From NCBI GenBank assembly GCA_964599405.1, contig CAZRED010000004.1:1-55361 (forward strand): a stretch of DNA of 55,361 bases, in the 5' to 3' direction. Made by a program: the position numbers and the translations under genes. How positions within the stretch are numbered: position 1 is the first letter of the stretch; every line of letters starts with the position of its first letter. Below are positions 38,032-47,959 of this stretch, in pieces. This DNA is from an uncultured Candidatus Saccharibacteria bacterium (GTDB lineage Bacteria; Patescibacteriota; UBA1384; 2-12-FULL-50-11). The notes beneath the pieces are model-generated. The model did no database searches and had not been told where the DNA came from. It saw nothing but the letters and a program-made list of their open reading frames with translations.

Positions 38032-39273
38032 ATGGACAGAGAGACCTTAGACACCTTCGCAAATATTAAAGTCTGTGGTGTAGGCGGTTCCGGTGGGAAC
38101 GCTATTGCCCGAATGATTGCTTCTCGCGTACGCGGGGTAGAATTTGTTGCAATCAATACCGACGCCCAAGCCTTGATGAACAATCCGGCTCCGATCAAGG
38201 TGCAGATTGGCAAAGACACCACACGTGGATTGGGTGCTGGCGCTGATATCGAAGTGGGCCGCAAGAGTGCCGAAGAAAATAAAGATGAAATTTACGAGGT
38301 GCTGAAAGGCGCCGATATGGTTTTTGTCACCTTTGGCGCTGGTGGCGGTACCGGCACTGGTGCAGCACCGCTCGTTGCCCAAATTGCTAAAGAGCTGGGC
38401 GCTCTGACCGTTGGTGTTGTTACTAAACCTTTCAGCTTTGAGGGTCTGCGCCGCAAAAAGATGGCCGATATCGGTATCGAAGAGCTGCGCGACAAAGTTG
38501 ACACTTTAATTACCATTCCTAACGATCGTTTACTCCAAGTGATCGATAAAAAAACTTCCTTACCTGATGCTTTCGGCATCGTTGATGATATTTTGCGCCA
38601 AGGTGTTCAGGGTATCTCCGACTTAATCGTTATTCCCGGCATTATTAACGTTGACTTCGCCGACGTCCGAACAATTATGGCCGACGCCGGTTCAGCCCTG
38701 ATGGGTATTGGCCGAGCCAGTGGGGAGAACCGAGCGATTGAAGCGGCTCGCCAAGCCATTGACTCACCACTACTTGAATTGTCGATTGATGGCGCCATGG
38801 GTATTCTTTACAACATCACCGGCGGACCCGACATGACCATGTACGAAGTCGAAGAAGCCTCTAAGGCCATCACCGAAGCCGCGCATCCGGACGCCAATAT
38901 TATCTTTGGCGCCATGGTAGACGACGCCATGACCGGTGAAATTAAAATTACCGTCATTGCCACCGGTTTTGAAACCGAAACACCGAAACCGCCATCGAAA
39001 CGCCGCCCCCAAGGCATGGACGAGCCATATGGCTTAGGTAGCATGTCCCGGCCAAGTGAGCCAGCCCAAGCCAGTATCTCTGGTATCCCATTTTTTGGCA
39101 CTTCCCGTCAGGAGCCGACACCGTCTTTCCGTGACCGCGAACGTGATGATTTCGACAGCGACATGCGCAACAAAGAGCGCCCGATTCCACCGCGCCCCGA
39201 ACCAGCTAAAGAGGAAGAAGACAAAGACGACGAACTCGACGTTCCGGCTTTCATACGAAGAAAGCTTCGTTAG
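38032..39273 (+). CDS. ftsZ: Cell division protein FtsZ
   Basis: GGGTGTG signature, NVDFADV, C-terminal LDVPAFIRR. Confidence 0.98.
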   Translation: MDRETLDTFANIKVCGVGGSGGNAIARMIASRVRGVEFVAINTDAQALMNNPAPIKVQIGKDTTRGLGAGADIEVGRKSAEENKDEIYEVLKGADMVFVTFGAGGGTGTGAAPLVAQIAKELGALTVGVVTKPFSFEGLRRKKMADIGIEELRDKVDTLITIPNDRLLQVIDKKTSLPDAFGIVDDILRQGVQGISDLIVIPGIINVDFADVRTIMADAGSALMGIGRASGENRAIEAARQAIDSPLLELSIDGAMGILYNITGGPDMTMYEVEEASKAITEAAHPDANIIFGAMVDDAMTGEIKITVIATGFETETPKPPSKRRPQGMDEPYGLGSMSRPSEPAQASISGIPFFGTSRQEPTPSFRDRERDDFDSDMRNKERPIPPRPEPAKEEEDKDDELDVPAFIRRKLR

Positions 39274-39378
39274 AAGCTTTCAAGTACGACCGTAGGGAGA
39301 TCCGACGTAAGTTGAGATAAGTCAACGGCAGTTTCACTAAAAAACCGACAGTTTTTTAGAAACTTTTGCAGACATTTT

Positions 39379-39395
39379 CCGTACATTACCCGAAC
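39379..39395 (-). promoter_or_regulatory. Possible LexA operator upstream of the nrdJ -35
   Basis: Minus strand GTTCGG-gtaat-GTACGG; TTGACA at 39410. Confidence 0.45.
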
Positions 39396-39472
39396 AATTT
39401 AACTTAAGCTTGACAGCAGTCCCAACCATTGTGTTAGGGTGAATTGAGATAAATTACTAAGCGGGAGGTGTG

Positions 39473-42400
39473 ATGGCAAAGATGAAGCGAGGTGTGGACA
39501 ACGAGGCAACGGATATCGCGCTAAAGCCGGTGGAAATTTCGGTAGATTTACCGTCGAGTAGACTTGCCCCCGCTAAAAAAGCCGGCCTGAAAGTGCAGAG
39601 GCGTTTCACTAAACCCGGCGACGATGTTTTCAGTTCCGTCACCTGGGAAAAACGCGATACCGTTATCTCCGATGAAAAAGGTAATATCATTTCCCAAATC
39701 ACCGACCTGGAAGTGCCGTCTACCTGGACACAGCTCGCCACCGATATTTTAGCCTATAAATACTTACGTAAAGCCGGCGTCCCCACTAAAGAGGGTCGGG
39801 AAACTTCGGCCCGCCAAGCGATTTATCGGATTGCTCACACCATGGCTGATTTCGGGGAAAAGTTCGGGTACTTTGCCTCAACCGCTGAACGAACCAGCTT
39901 TGAAGACGAACTAATGTATATATTGCTCCACCAGCGAGCCGCTTTTAACTCGCCGGTCTGGTTTAACTGTGGCTTGTATCACCAATATAAAATTGCCGGC
40001 AGTGGCGGTTCATTTTATTGGGATTTCAAGGAGAAAAAAGTCTTGGAGGCCGCAACCGCTTACCGCAACCCCCAGTGTTCTGCCTGTTTTATTCTGTCAG
40101 TTTCCGACACCATGTCGGGCATCTTCGATCTACTCAAGACTGAATCGCGCATCTTTAAGTACGGCTCTGGGAGCGGCGCAAACTTCTCAATGCTGCGTAG
40201 CCGCGTGGAAAAACTTTCCGGCGGCGGTACCTCCAGTGGGATGATGAGCTTCTTGCGGGTATTTGACCGAGCAGCGGGAGCGACTAAATCCGGCGGCACT
40301 ACCCGCCGGGCTGCCAAAATGGTGGTGGTGAACATTGAACATCCGGAAATTGAAGATTTTATTGAGTGGAAAGTTAATGAAGAAAAGAAAGCCCAAGCCT
40401 TAATCGCCGCCGGTTATGAATCGGACTTTAACGGCGAGGCTTACAGCACAATTTCCGGCCAGAACGCCAATAACTCCGTTCGGGTGACTGATGAATTCAT
40501 GAAAGCCTACGAAAACGACGGTGAGTGGCAAACCCGCATGGTGACCACCGGCGAGCCGTACAAAACCTACAAAGCCCGGGATTTGATGGATAAAATTGCG
40601 CTCGCGGCCTGGCAATGCGCCGACCCAGGTCTGCAGTTTGATACCACAATTAACGACTGGCATACTTGCCCGAACACTGACCGAATTCACGCCTCTAACC
40701 CCTGTTCAGAATATATGTTCCTAAACGACTCGGCTTGCAATCTCGCCTCGATTAACTTAGTAAAATTTATCGACAAAGCTGGTAACTTCGATGTCGCTAG
40801 CTACCGCCATGCGTGCCGGGTGATGTTTATCGCTCAAGAGATTGCCGTTGATCTGTCCAGCTACCCAACGGCTGAAATCACCAAAAACAGCCACGACTAT
40901 CGCCCGCTGGGGCTGGGTTACGCCAACCTCGGTACACTCTTAATGCTCAACGGCGTGCCTTATGACTCGCCGGAAGGCTTTGCCATTGGTGGAGCGTTAA
41001 CGGCCATTATGACCGGCCACGCCTATAAAACCTCCGCCGAGATGGCAGCGGTCAAGGGACCATTTGAGGGCTACGCTAAGAACCGCGCTCCAATGCTAAA
41101 TGTCATGCGCAAACACCGTTCGGCGGCCTACCGCATTAGTGAAAAGCACTGCCCCAACAATTTATTGGAAGCGGCGCACCAAGATTGGGACGAAGCGGTA
41201 GCGCTGGGCGAACAATTTGGTTATCGCAACAGTCAAGCCACCGTGATCGCCCCCACTGGCACCATCGGTCTACTAATGGATTGTGACACCACCGGCGTCG
41301 AGCCAGATTTTGCCTTAGTCAAGTTCAAGAAGTTGGCCGGCGGCGGTTCGATGAAAATTGTTAATAACGCTGTACCGAAAGCCCTAGAAAACCTCGGTTA
41401 TAGCGAGCAACAACGCCGGGAAATAATTGACTACGCCACCGGCACCGGTTCACTCAACGATAATACCGCTATCAATGCGGCTACCTTAAAGACCAAAGGA
41501 TTAACCGATGAAGAAATCGCCAAGCTAGAAAAAGTCCTACCAACCAGTTTTGATATTAACTTTGCCTTCAACCGAACAATCCTTGGCGATAGCCTGTTTG
41601 ACCGACTGGGCATTACCGCCCAAGAAGAGCAGAAGCCGACTTTTTCACTCTTGCGAAAACTCGGCTACAGCGGCGAGGAACTTAATAGTAGTAACGAGGT
41701 AATCTGCGGTACTCAAATGCTGGAAGGGGCGCCGCATTTGAAGAGCGAGCATTATCCCGTCTTTGACTGCGCTAATCGCTGCGGAGTGCGGGGAACGCGC
41801 TTTATTCGACCAATGGGGCACGTCCAGATGATGGCCGCGGTCCAGCCGTTTATCTCCGGCGCTATCTCGAAAACTATTAATATGCCCCACGAAGCGACGG
41901 TTGAAGAAGTGAAAGAAGTCTACATCGAGTCGTGGAAACTGGGGATTAAAGCCTTAGCCCTGTACCGCGATGGTTCGAAACTTAGTCAGCCGCTCAACGC
42001 CACCCGTGAAGAGGAGAAAGAAGAAGAAGAAAAAGCTAGCGAACCAGTGGTTGTCTACAAGCCCCGCCGTCGTCGCTTAAGCGATGAACGCCAAGCAATT
42101 ACTCACAAGTTCAGTATCGCTGGGCACGAGGGCTACATAACAGTCGGCTTGTACGACGGTGGCCAGCCAGGTGAAATCTTCATCACCATGGCCAAACAGG
42201 GGAGTGTGATTAGCGGTTTGATGGATGCCTTCGCTACCTCTATATCCATATCACTCCAGTACGGTGTGCCGCTACCCACCATCGTTAGAAAGTTCGCCAA
42301 TAGCCGATTTGAACCTTACGGCTTCACCGCCAATCCCCAGATACGGATCGCTAAATCAATAGTTGACTACATTGCCCGCTACTTAGCGATTAAATTCCTG

Positions 42401-42682
42401 TCAGAGGCCGAGCTGCTAGAGCTGGGGATTCGCTCGGACAGTCCAGCTACTTCCAGCCAAGCACCGCTAGAGTTGGAGAACGACAACACCGGCATTGCCG
42501 TGCCAATTACCGTCAAGGAGACGGAGACAGCGGCAGAGCCAGAGGAGGACGATCTGACCGTAGCAAGACCAATGGCCGTTACTGATGCACCGCCGTGTCC
42601 AACTTGCGGCTCCATGACTACTAGAACCGGTACTTGCTATACCTGCTTGTCCTGCGGCTCCACTACTGGCGGCTGCAGCTAG
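39473..42682 (+). CDS. nrdJ: Vitamin B12-dependent (class II) ribonucleotide reductase
   Basis: FNSPVWFN, QCSACFI, NPCSEY, APTGTI, ISKTINMP, YRDGSK; C-terminal TSCPD-like domain and zinc ribbon. Confidence 0.96.
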   Translation: MAKMKRGVDNEATDIALKPVEISVDLPSSRLAPAKKAGLKVQRRFTKPGDDVFSSVTWEKRDTVISDEKGNIISQITDLEVPSTWTQLATDILAYKYLRKAGVPTKEGRETSARQAIYRIAHTMADFGEKFGYFASTAERTSFEDELMYILLHQRAAFNSPVWFNCGLYHQYKIAGSGGSFYWDFKEKKVLEAATAYRNPQCSACFILSVSDTMSGIFDLLKTESRIFKYGSGSGANFSMLRSRVEKLSGGGTSSGMMSFLRVFDRAAGATKSGGTTRRAAKMVVVNIEHPEIEDFIEWKVNEEKKAQALIAAGYESDFNGEAYSTISGQNANNSVRVTDEFMKAYENDGEWQTRMVTTGEPYKTYKARDLMDKIALAAWQCADPGLQFDTTINDWHTCPNTDRIHASNPCSEYMFLNDSACNLASINLVKFIDKAGNFDVASYRHACRVMFIAQEIAVDLSSYPTAEITKNSHDYRPLGLGYANLGTLLMLNGVPYDSPEGFAIGGALTAIMTGHAYKTSAEMAAVKGPFEGYAKNRAPMLNVMRKHRSAAYRISEKHCPNNLLEAAHQDWDEAVALGEQFGYRNSQATVIAPTGTIGLLMDCDTTGVEPDFALVKFKKLAGGGSMKIVNNAVPKALENLGYSEQQRREIIDYATGTGSLNDNTAINAATLKTKGLTDEEIAKLEKVLPTSFDINFAFNRTILGDSLFDRLGITAQEEQKPTFSLLRKLGYSGEELNSSNEVICGTQMLEGAPHLKSEHYPVFDCANRCGVRGTRFIRPMGHVQMMAAVQPFISGAISKTINMPHEATVEEVKEVYIESWKLGIKALALYRDGSKLSQPLNATREEEKEEEEKASEPVVVYKPRRRRLSDERQAITHKFSIAGHEGYITVGLYDGGQPGEIFITMAKQGSVISGLMDAFATSISISLQYGVPLPTIVRKFANSRFEPYGFTANPQIRIAKSIVDYIARYLAIKFLSEAELLELGIRSDSPATSSQAPLELENDNTGIAVPITVKETETAAEPEEDDLTVARPMAVTDAPPCPTCGSMTTRTGTCYTCLSCGSTTGGCS

Positions 42683-42684
42683 TA

Positions 42685-43239
42685 ATGCCAATCTACACTA
42701 GGAAAGGGGACCGGGGAGAAACCGGCCTTCCTGGCAAGCGCCGTTTACCAAAAACCGACCCACTTTTTGAGGTGCTTGGAACCTTCGACCAACTAAGCGC
42801 TACCATTGGGCTGGCAATGAGCTTTCGGAAGGACAAAAAGTCTGCTGACGTGGTAGCTCACCTCCAGTCAATTCAGTCCGATTTGTTGGGGCTAGGAGCT
42901 TGCCTGGCCGCCGAAAAACCAGAGGATATGCCTATCTTAAAAGCCCTTGACCAAAAAGTTGCTGATTTCGAAAAAGCGATTGATAGCTGGGAGCAGGAGA
43001 CTGGTCCGCTCCAAAATTTTATTTTGGCTGGTGGGTCTCCGTTTGGAGCGACCCTACACCTGGCTCGTACCGTGGCTCGTCAGACCGAACGAAGTTACTA
43101 TCAATTAAAGCATCCAAACGAGGCGATTAGCCGCTATCTCAACCGACTGTCTGATTTTTTCTTCCAAGCCGCACGAGTTACTAACTCCCGAGAAGGTAAA
43201 CCCGAACAAATTTGGAAAAACTCACAAAATTCCCAGTAA
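42685..43239 (+). CDS. pduO: ATP:cob(I)alamin adenosyltransferase (PduO type)
   Basis: IYTRKGDRGET, FILAGG, HLARTVARQTER, YLNRLSDFFF. Confidence 0.93.
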   Translation: MPIYTRKGDRGETGLPGKRRLPKTDPLFEVLGTFDQLSATIGLAMSFRKDKKSADVVAHLQSIQSDLLGLGACLAAEKPEDMPILKALDQKVADFEKAIDSWEQETGPLQNFILAGGSPFGATLHLARTVARQTERSYYQLKHPNEAISRYLNRLSDFFFQAARVTNSREGKPEQIWKNSQNSQ

Positions 43240-43279
43240 AACTATTGACTTTACCGACTACTATTGATATATTGCTACC

Positions 43280-43412
43280 GTCAAGAAACAGGTATGTTTC
43301 TGAAGCGCTAATAGGCTTGGTTGTATCGGAAACGGTCGATCCCCTCCCGTCGTTTCCGGTACTACTAAGCTTGTTAGACGTCAAAGCAAGAGCCCGAGTG
43401 GCTCTTTTTTTT
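43280..43412 (+). ncRNA. Putative structured RNA (leader or sRNA, ~130 nt)
   Basis: TTGACT-17-TATATT promoter; 7-bp hairpin; 27-position rod with 4 G-U pairs; terminator aagagcc/ggctctt plus U tract. Confidence 0.6.
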
Positions 43413-43442
43413 GTTCGGTAGAGCTGCTATTTTAACTTGGCT

Positions 43443-43973
43443 ATGCAAAAACCCACTGCGACAATTCTTACCGTAGTAACGGTTCTTTCCCGCCTGTTGC
43501 CACACCCACCGAACTTCACCGCCTTAGGCTCTAGCGCCCTGTTTGCCGGCGGAAAAATGAGCCGTCCGTGGAACTACCTTGTGCCGTTAATTGCCTTAAC
43601 CTTCACCGATTTAATTATTGGTCTGCACGGCACAATGCCCTACGTTTATGGCGGTATTGCCGCAATTATTTGGATGGGGGAGCGGACATTGAAAAATCGC
43701 CCGACCACCGTTCGGCTAGCCACTGTGGCGTTGGCCGGTTCGACAATCTTTTTTCTGGTCACAAACTTTGGAGTCTGGGCAAGCACAGCGATGTATCCGA
43801 AAACTGCTGCTGGCTTGGTGGAGAGCTTGGTGATGGGGCTACCATTCTGGCGCAATATGGCGGTTGCCGACGTAGTTTTCACAGTCGGGTTTTTCCAGCT
43901 TTATCAATTCGCTGAACATCGTTCTGTTACAACATTATTAGATAAAAAAATCCGTCGACTTGTCACGGGGTAG
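43443..43973 (+). CDS. DUF6580 family putative transporter (S-component-like)
   Basis: SRLLPHPPNFTALG.ALFAG, FFLVTNFGVW, YPKT..GL...GLPF. Confidence 0.85.
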   Translation: MQKPTATILTVVTVLSRLLPHPPNFTALGSSALFAGGKMSRPWNYLVPLIALTFTDLIIGLHGTMPYVYGGIAAIIWMGERTLKNRPTTVRLATVALAGSTIFFLVTNFGVWASTAMYPKTAAGLVESLVMGLPFWRNMAVADVVFTVGFFQLYQFAEHRSVTTLLDKKIRRLVTG

Positions 43974-43989
43974 GATTGGGGGGTTACAG

Positions 43990-44274
43990 ATGAATAAATC
44001 GCCAGTAAAGTTGTTAGATTTTTGGGCGGCTTGGTGTGGGCCGTGTAAAATAATGAACCCGATTCTCGAAGAGATCGAAAAAGTCTACGCCGGTAGAATT
44101 GTTGTCGAAAAATACGACGTTGATGATGAAAAAAATCAAGCAATTGTTCAGAAGTACCAAGTGATGGCGATGCCGACTTACTTTATTGAAAAAGACGGTC
44201 AAGTGGTCGAACAATTCATTGGTGCCCAAGCTAAATCTATTTTATCCGCCGCGCTCGACAAAGCCTTGGGTTAA
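43990..44274 (+). CDS. trxA: Thioredoxin
   Basis: DFWAAWCGPCK. Confidence 0.95.
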   Translation: MNKSPVKLLDFWAAWCGPCKIMNPILEEIEKVYAGRIVVEKYDVDDEKNQAIVQKYQVMAMPTYFIEKDGQVVEQFIGAQAKSILSAALDKALG

Positions 44275-47180
44275 CCGTAGAGCTGGCAGATTTCACAGCC
44301 ACCATCGAATTTTGGCCGTGTATGGAGAAAATCTTTGGTCGAAAGAATCTTCCCGCGCAGTTCAATAATTAGTTTTTCCATCTCCCGAATTTCGTCCGAC
44401 GTAACCGCAATGATTTCGTCACGAAATTCCCCCAAATCGTCGATCACGCTGACTAAAAAATCTTCAATGCGGAAGGGGAAAAGGGGATCGTGCTTAGCTA
44501 AAAGCGCGTAAAAAACCAGCTGTTGTTTAATGTCACCACTACTACTAGCAGTCTTACCTTCAATTTCATTGCGCGAGATTGGTCGGCTTTTAGTTTTGTA
44601 GTCGACCACTCGAACAGCGTTGGTTCTTCCATCTAGCAAGTCCATTCGGTCAAACTTGCCAGTTAGCCAAATGTCACCGTAACGCACTTGGTGGTGAGTA
44701 AAGGAGTACTCAATTCCCACAGGCATTCCCCAGCTTGCAGCCTTGCTGGTCCAATAGGGTTCGAGCACCCCCAACGCGTGTGAAAGAATTTTCTCCTGGC
44801 TGGCTGGTAGTACCGTTTGGGTAACAGCCGCTTCGACCATCGTTAGAAACTTTTCCTTGCTTGGCAGTTTTTTAAAGGCTTTGAACTCCCGAAAATATAG
44901 CTCTAGTGCTTTGTGGACAGCGCTACCGTACATTAGCGAATCGCTGGCCGGTTGTGGTAAACGCAATACCCGGGAAAAAAGATACTGTTGCGGGCAGGTT
45001 TGAAACGCTCGTAAATCGCTGTAGGAAAAAGCTCTGTTGGCAATTTGCTCATGGATATACGCCCCCGTGCCGGCGGCGGTTGTGGCATTCTTGGTGGCGC
45101 TAATCAGCAGGGTATCGGCTAATGAGCTAGCTTTTTTTGACGACAGTTGGCTGACTGCCTGGGGCAGCTCGCCCAGTTCCAGCAGGAACTGACAAGGCAG
45201 TTGGGGCCGCCCGTCGTCGCTGCTGCTGGCATAACTTAGCGACAAGACCGACTTAGCACGGGTGATGCCGACGTAGAATAGTCGTCGCTCGTCCTCAACC
45301 GGATCATCGCTCCAGTCGGAAAGCTCAACAATTTCACCCGGCAGCTTAATTAACTCCGGCTTGGTTTTTAGGCTCCAGCTGCGTTCGTCAGTGTCAGCCA
45401 TAAAAACTTGTTCAAACTCCAACCCCTTAGCGCTGTGAACAGTGCCGACAAACAGCCCGGCGGCAGGAAGTAACGCAGTGATTGGAACTTCCAGTTGACG
45501 ATCTTGAATCGTGCGGCAGTATTGGAGGAAGTGTTTTAGCTCGACGAAATCATCTCGTTCCGAGAAGCTACGAGCCAAATTAGTCAACGACAGCAGTAGC
45601 CCAGTTGCCTCAACGACGTCGCGGTTGAAAAAACGTTGCTGTAAAAAGCGATATTTTTCCAACAGCTCTTGAACCAGCTCCTCAACTGTTAGCAACTCGC
45701 TTTGCCGATGCAGCTCCAGTAAATCTCTGGCGATTTTGCCAAGTTCGCCGCCTTCGCCCAGTAACTTTTCAACAATTGCCGTGCCGGAACGGCTGGTGCG
45801 ATTAATTTTATAGAGCGCCAACAGGGCCTTGTCGCTAAGTAGCGGTTTGAGCGCCGAGATTACTGCCAGATTGTCGGTTGGTCGATCAATGGCTGTTAGC
45901 AAGCGCAGAGCGGACATTGTCACTGGATGACTAAACAAATCAGTTTCCACTTGGCCAGAAATAACCACACCGTAGCTCTTAGCAATCTCTGAAAAATCTT
46001 TGACGGCCCTTCGGCGGCGAAAGAGCACGGCCATTTCCGTTAGGGGAGTACCGGATTTTTCTGCTGCTTTGACGGCGGTAAGTATGGCGTCGTATTGGCT
46101 AACTTTGTTGTCCGATTGAACAATAGTTGGCGGAGTGCCGGGTTTCTTTTGAGCCAGCAGTGCCAGCGGTTTTTTGCCAAGCATCGTCTCGATTTGGCTG
46201 CGGTTGTGGCTAATCAACGTCCCGGCCGCTGCTAGGATCGCCCCGGTGCTGCGGTAGTTGTCGGTCAGCGAGATAATTTTTATCCGAGGGTAACGACGCT
46301 GGAAATGCAGCATGTTGGCCACAGAGGCACCCTGGAAGCGATAGATAGCTTGCTTGTCGTCGCCCACCACAAATAAATTTGGGTCCGGGTAGAAATCGGC
46401 CAGTGCTTCCACCAACGCATTCTGGGAGTTGTTGGTGTCTTGGTACTCGTCCACCAACATATATTGGTAGCGCTCTTGAAAGTAGCTGCGCACTTCGTCG
46501 TTAGCTCGCAGCGCCGCCACGACAAACTGAATAGTGTCCTCATAGTCGTACCAACCCCGCCCCGACAATTGCTCGTTGTAGAGCTCTAGCACGGTGACAA
46601 ATTCCCTTTGGCGGGAGCGAGCTTGCGGAGTGATTTTTTTATCGGTGCTGTGTTGGTACATTTTCTTTAGCTGCTCTGGCGTCACCGACTCTTGTTTGCA
46701 GGTTTTAATTCGAGCACTAATTTCCTGAACATACAGGTCAGGTTTACGTAACGGCCGCAGTTGCTTAAGCGATTTCTCGCGAGTGATAATTTCTTCAATC
46801 AATAAGTAACGATCTGGATCAGCAATCTGGCGCAATGTCTGAGTTTGGGTGAAAAGGTGGGGAAAGATACCGATCACTTCGTTGGCAAAACCGTGGAAGG
46901 TGGCAATCGTCACTCGGTAGGCCAATGGGCCGATCACGCTACTTAAGCGGGAGCGCAGCGCCATCACACCGGCTTCGGTAAAGGTTAGGGCTAAAATATT
47001 CTGCGGCCCTAGTTGAGTTTTCTGCAAAATATTGGCAATCCGCAGCGCCACCACTTGGGTTTTACCGGTCCCGGGACCGGCCAAGACCATCACCGGTCCT
47101 TCAATAGCTTCGACCGCTTTTTTTTGACCGGCGTTTAGTGCCGACAGCGCTGTAGCGAAACTTTTTTCCCAGTTTATCAT
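44271..47180 (-). CDS. UvrD-family helicase fused to a PD-(D/E)xK nuclease
   Basis: AGPGTGKT, DEYQDTN, GDDKQAIYRFQGA, HSAKGLEF; C-terminal GKFDR...VVDYKT. Confidence 0.92.
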   Translation of the reverse strand: MINWEKSFATALSALNAGQKKAVEAIEGPVMVLAGPGTGKTQVVALRIANILQKTQLGPQNILALTFTEAGVMALRSRLSSVIGPLAYRVTIATFHGFANEVIGIFPHLFTQTQTLRQIADPDRYLLIEEIITREKSLKQLRPLRKPDLYVQEISARIKTCKQESVTPEQLKKMYQHSTDKKITPQARSRQREFVTVLELYNEQLSGRGWYDYEDTIQFVVAALRANDEVRSYFQERYQYMLVDEYQDTNNSQNALVEALADFYPDPNLFVVGDDKQAIYRFQGASVANMLHFQRRYPRIKIISLTDNYRSTGAILAAAGTLISHNRSQIETMLGKKPLALLAQKKPGTPPTIVQSDNKVSQYDAILTAVKAAEKSGTPLTEMAVLFRRRRAVKDFSEIAKSYGVVISGQVETDLFSHPVTMSALRLLTAIDRPTDNLAVISALKPLLSDKALLALYKINRTSRSGTAIVEKLLGEGGELGKIARDLLELHRQSELLTVEELVQELLEKYRFLQQRFFNRDVVEATGLLLSLTNLARSFSERDDFVELKHFLQYCRTIQDRQLEVPITALLPAAGLFVGTVHSAKGLEFEQVFMADTDERSWSLKTKPELIKLPGEIVELSDWSDDPVEDERRLFYVGITRAKSVLSLSYASSSDDGRPQLPCQFLLELGELPQAVSQLSSKKASSLADTLLISATKNATTAAGTGAYIHEQIANRAFSYSDLRAFQTCPQQYLFSRVLRLPQPASDSLMYGSAVHKALELYFREFKAFKKLPSKEKFLTMVEAAVTQTVLPASQEKILSHALGVLEPYWTSKAASWGMPVGIEYSFTHHQVRYGDIWLTGKFDRMDLLDGRTNAVRVVDYKTKSRPISRNEIEGKTASSSGDIKQQLVFYALLAKHDPLFPFRIEDFLVSVIDDLGEFRDEIIAVTSDEIREMEKLIIELRGKILSTKDFLHTRPKFDGGCEICQLYG

Positions 47181-47242
47181 CGCCTTCAACGTAGCGGTTT
47201 TTGCCTTCTTCGCCAAGGGAAAAACAGGTACAATATCCAACA

Positions 47243-47959
47243 ATGACTGAGCCGGAAATTATCACCGAAACGGGCGAGTATTACGTCATCAACAAACCCG
47301 CCGGTTTCGCCTGTGAGCCACCCTTTAGTGGGCCAACCGTCCGTGACTGGCTATTGGAGCAACGAAAAGTTGACCCAAATATTTGGGACGAAGAAACCCG
47401 TTATGGGATTGTTCATCGGCTCGATACTGACACTTCCGGAGTACTAATTTGGGCAAAGACGCCGAGTGCTCAAGCCCAGCTACGACTGCTATGGCAGGGG
47501 AGAGCAGTGGAAAAAAATTACCTCGCCCTCGTGGCTGGCGAGATAGGGAAGAGCGGTACCGTGGAGCTGCCAATTATGCGCGACAATAGAAACGACCGCC
47601 AGATAGTGGCCTTTTTCCCCGACCAAAAAGCTCGTCCGGCAATTACTAATTACGTGCGACTTGCCAGCGGTGAGATTCATCATAACCCAGTTAGCTTGGT
47701 TAGCGCCCATCCCATCACTGGCCGGACTCATCAAATTCGGGTTCACATGAAATCAATTGGCCACCCAATTGTTGGTGACAAACTATACGGCGAGAAAGCT
47801 TCAGATATTATTGCGCAAGATTTAGTGTTGAACCGGCAATTTCTTCACGCCCAATCGATAGTCATCGAGGGTGTCCGCTATGAAGCACCATTACCACCAG
47901 AGCTGCAAAGCGCGATGAAACTTTGCGGCGTCGCCGTCGAAGCCGGGGAGGAAAGCTGA
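47243..47959 (+). CDS. RluA-family pseudouridine synthase
   Basis: INKPAG, HRLDTDTSG, TGRTHQIRVH, GDKLYG. Confidence 0.94.
   Translation: MTEPEIITETGEYYVINKPAGFACEPPFSGPTVRDWLLEQRKVDPNIWDEETRYGIVHRLDTDTSGVLIWAKTPSAQAQLRLLWQGRAVEKNYLALVAGEIGKSGTVELPIMRDNRNDRQIVAFFPDQKARPAITNYVRLASGEIHHNPVSLVSAHPITGRTHQIRVHMKSIGHPIVGDKLYGEKASDIIAQDLVLNRQFLHAQSIVIEGVRYEAPLPPELQSAMKLCGVAVEAGEES

Noticed and set aside
39473-42682. Intein or intron in nrdJ
   Set aside because: The frame is continuous with no intein junction or LAGLIDADG motifs seen; the length is explained by insert and C-terminal domains.
43280-43412. Canonical cobalamin riboswitch or SRP RNA
   Set aside because: It lacks the AGGGAA / GCCACUG / B12-box elements and the SRP CAGG...GGAA...AGCAG domain IV motif.
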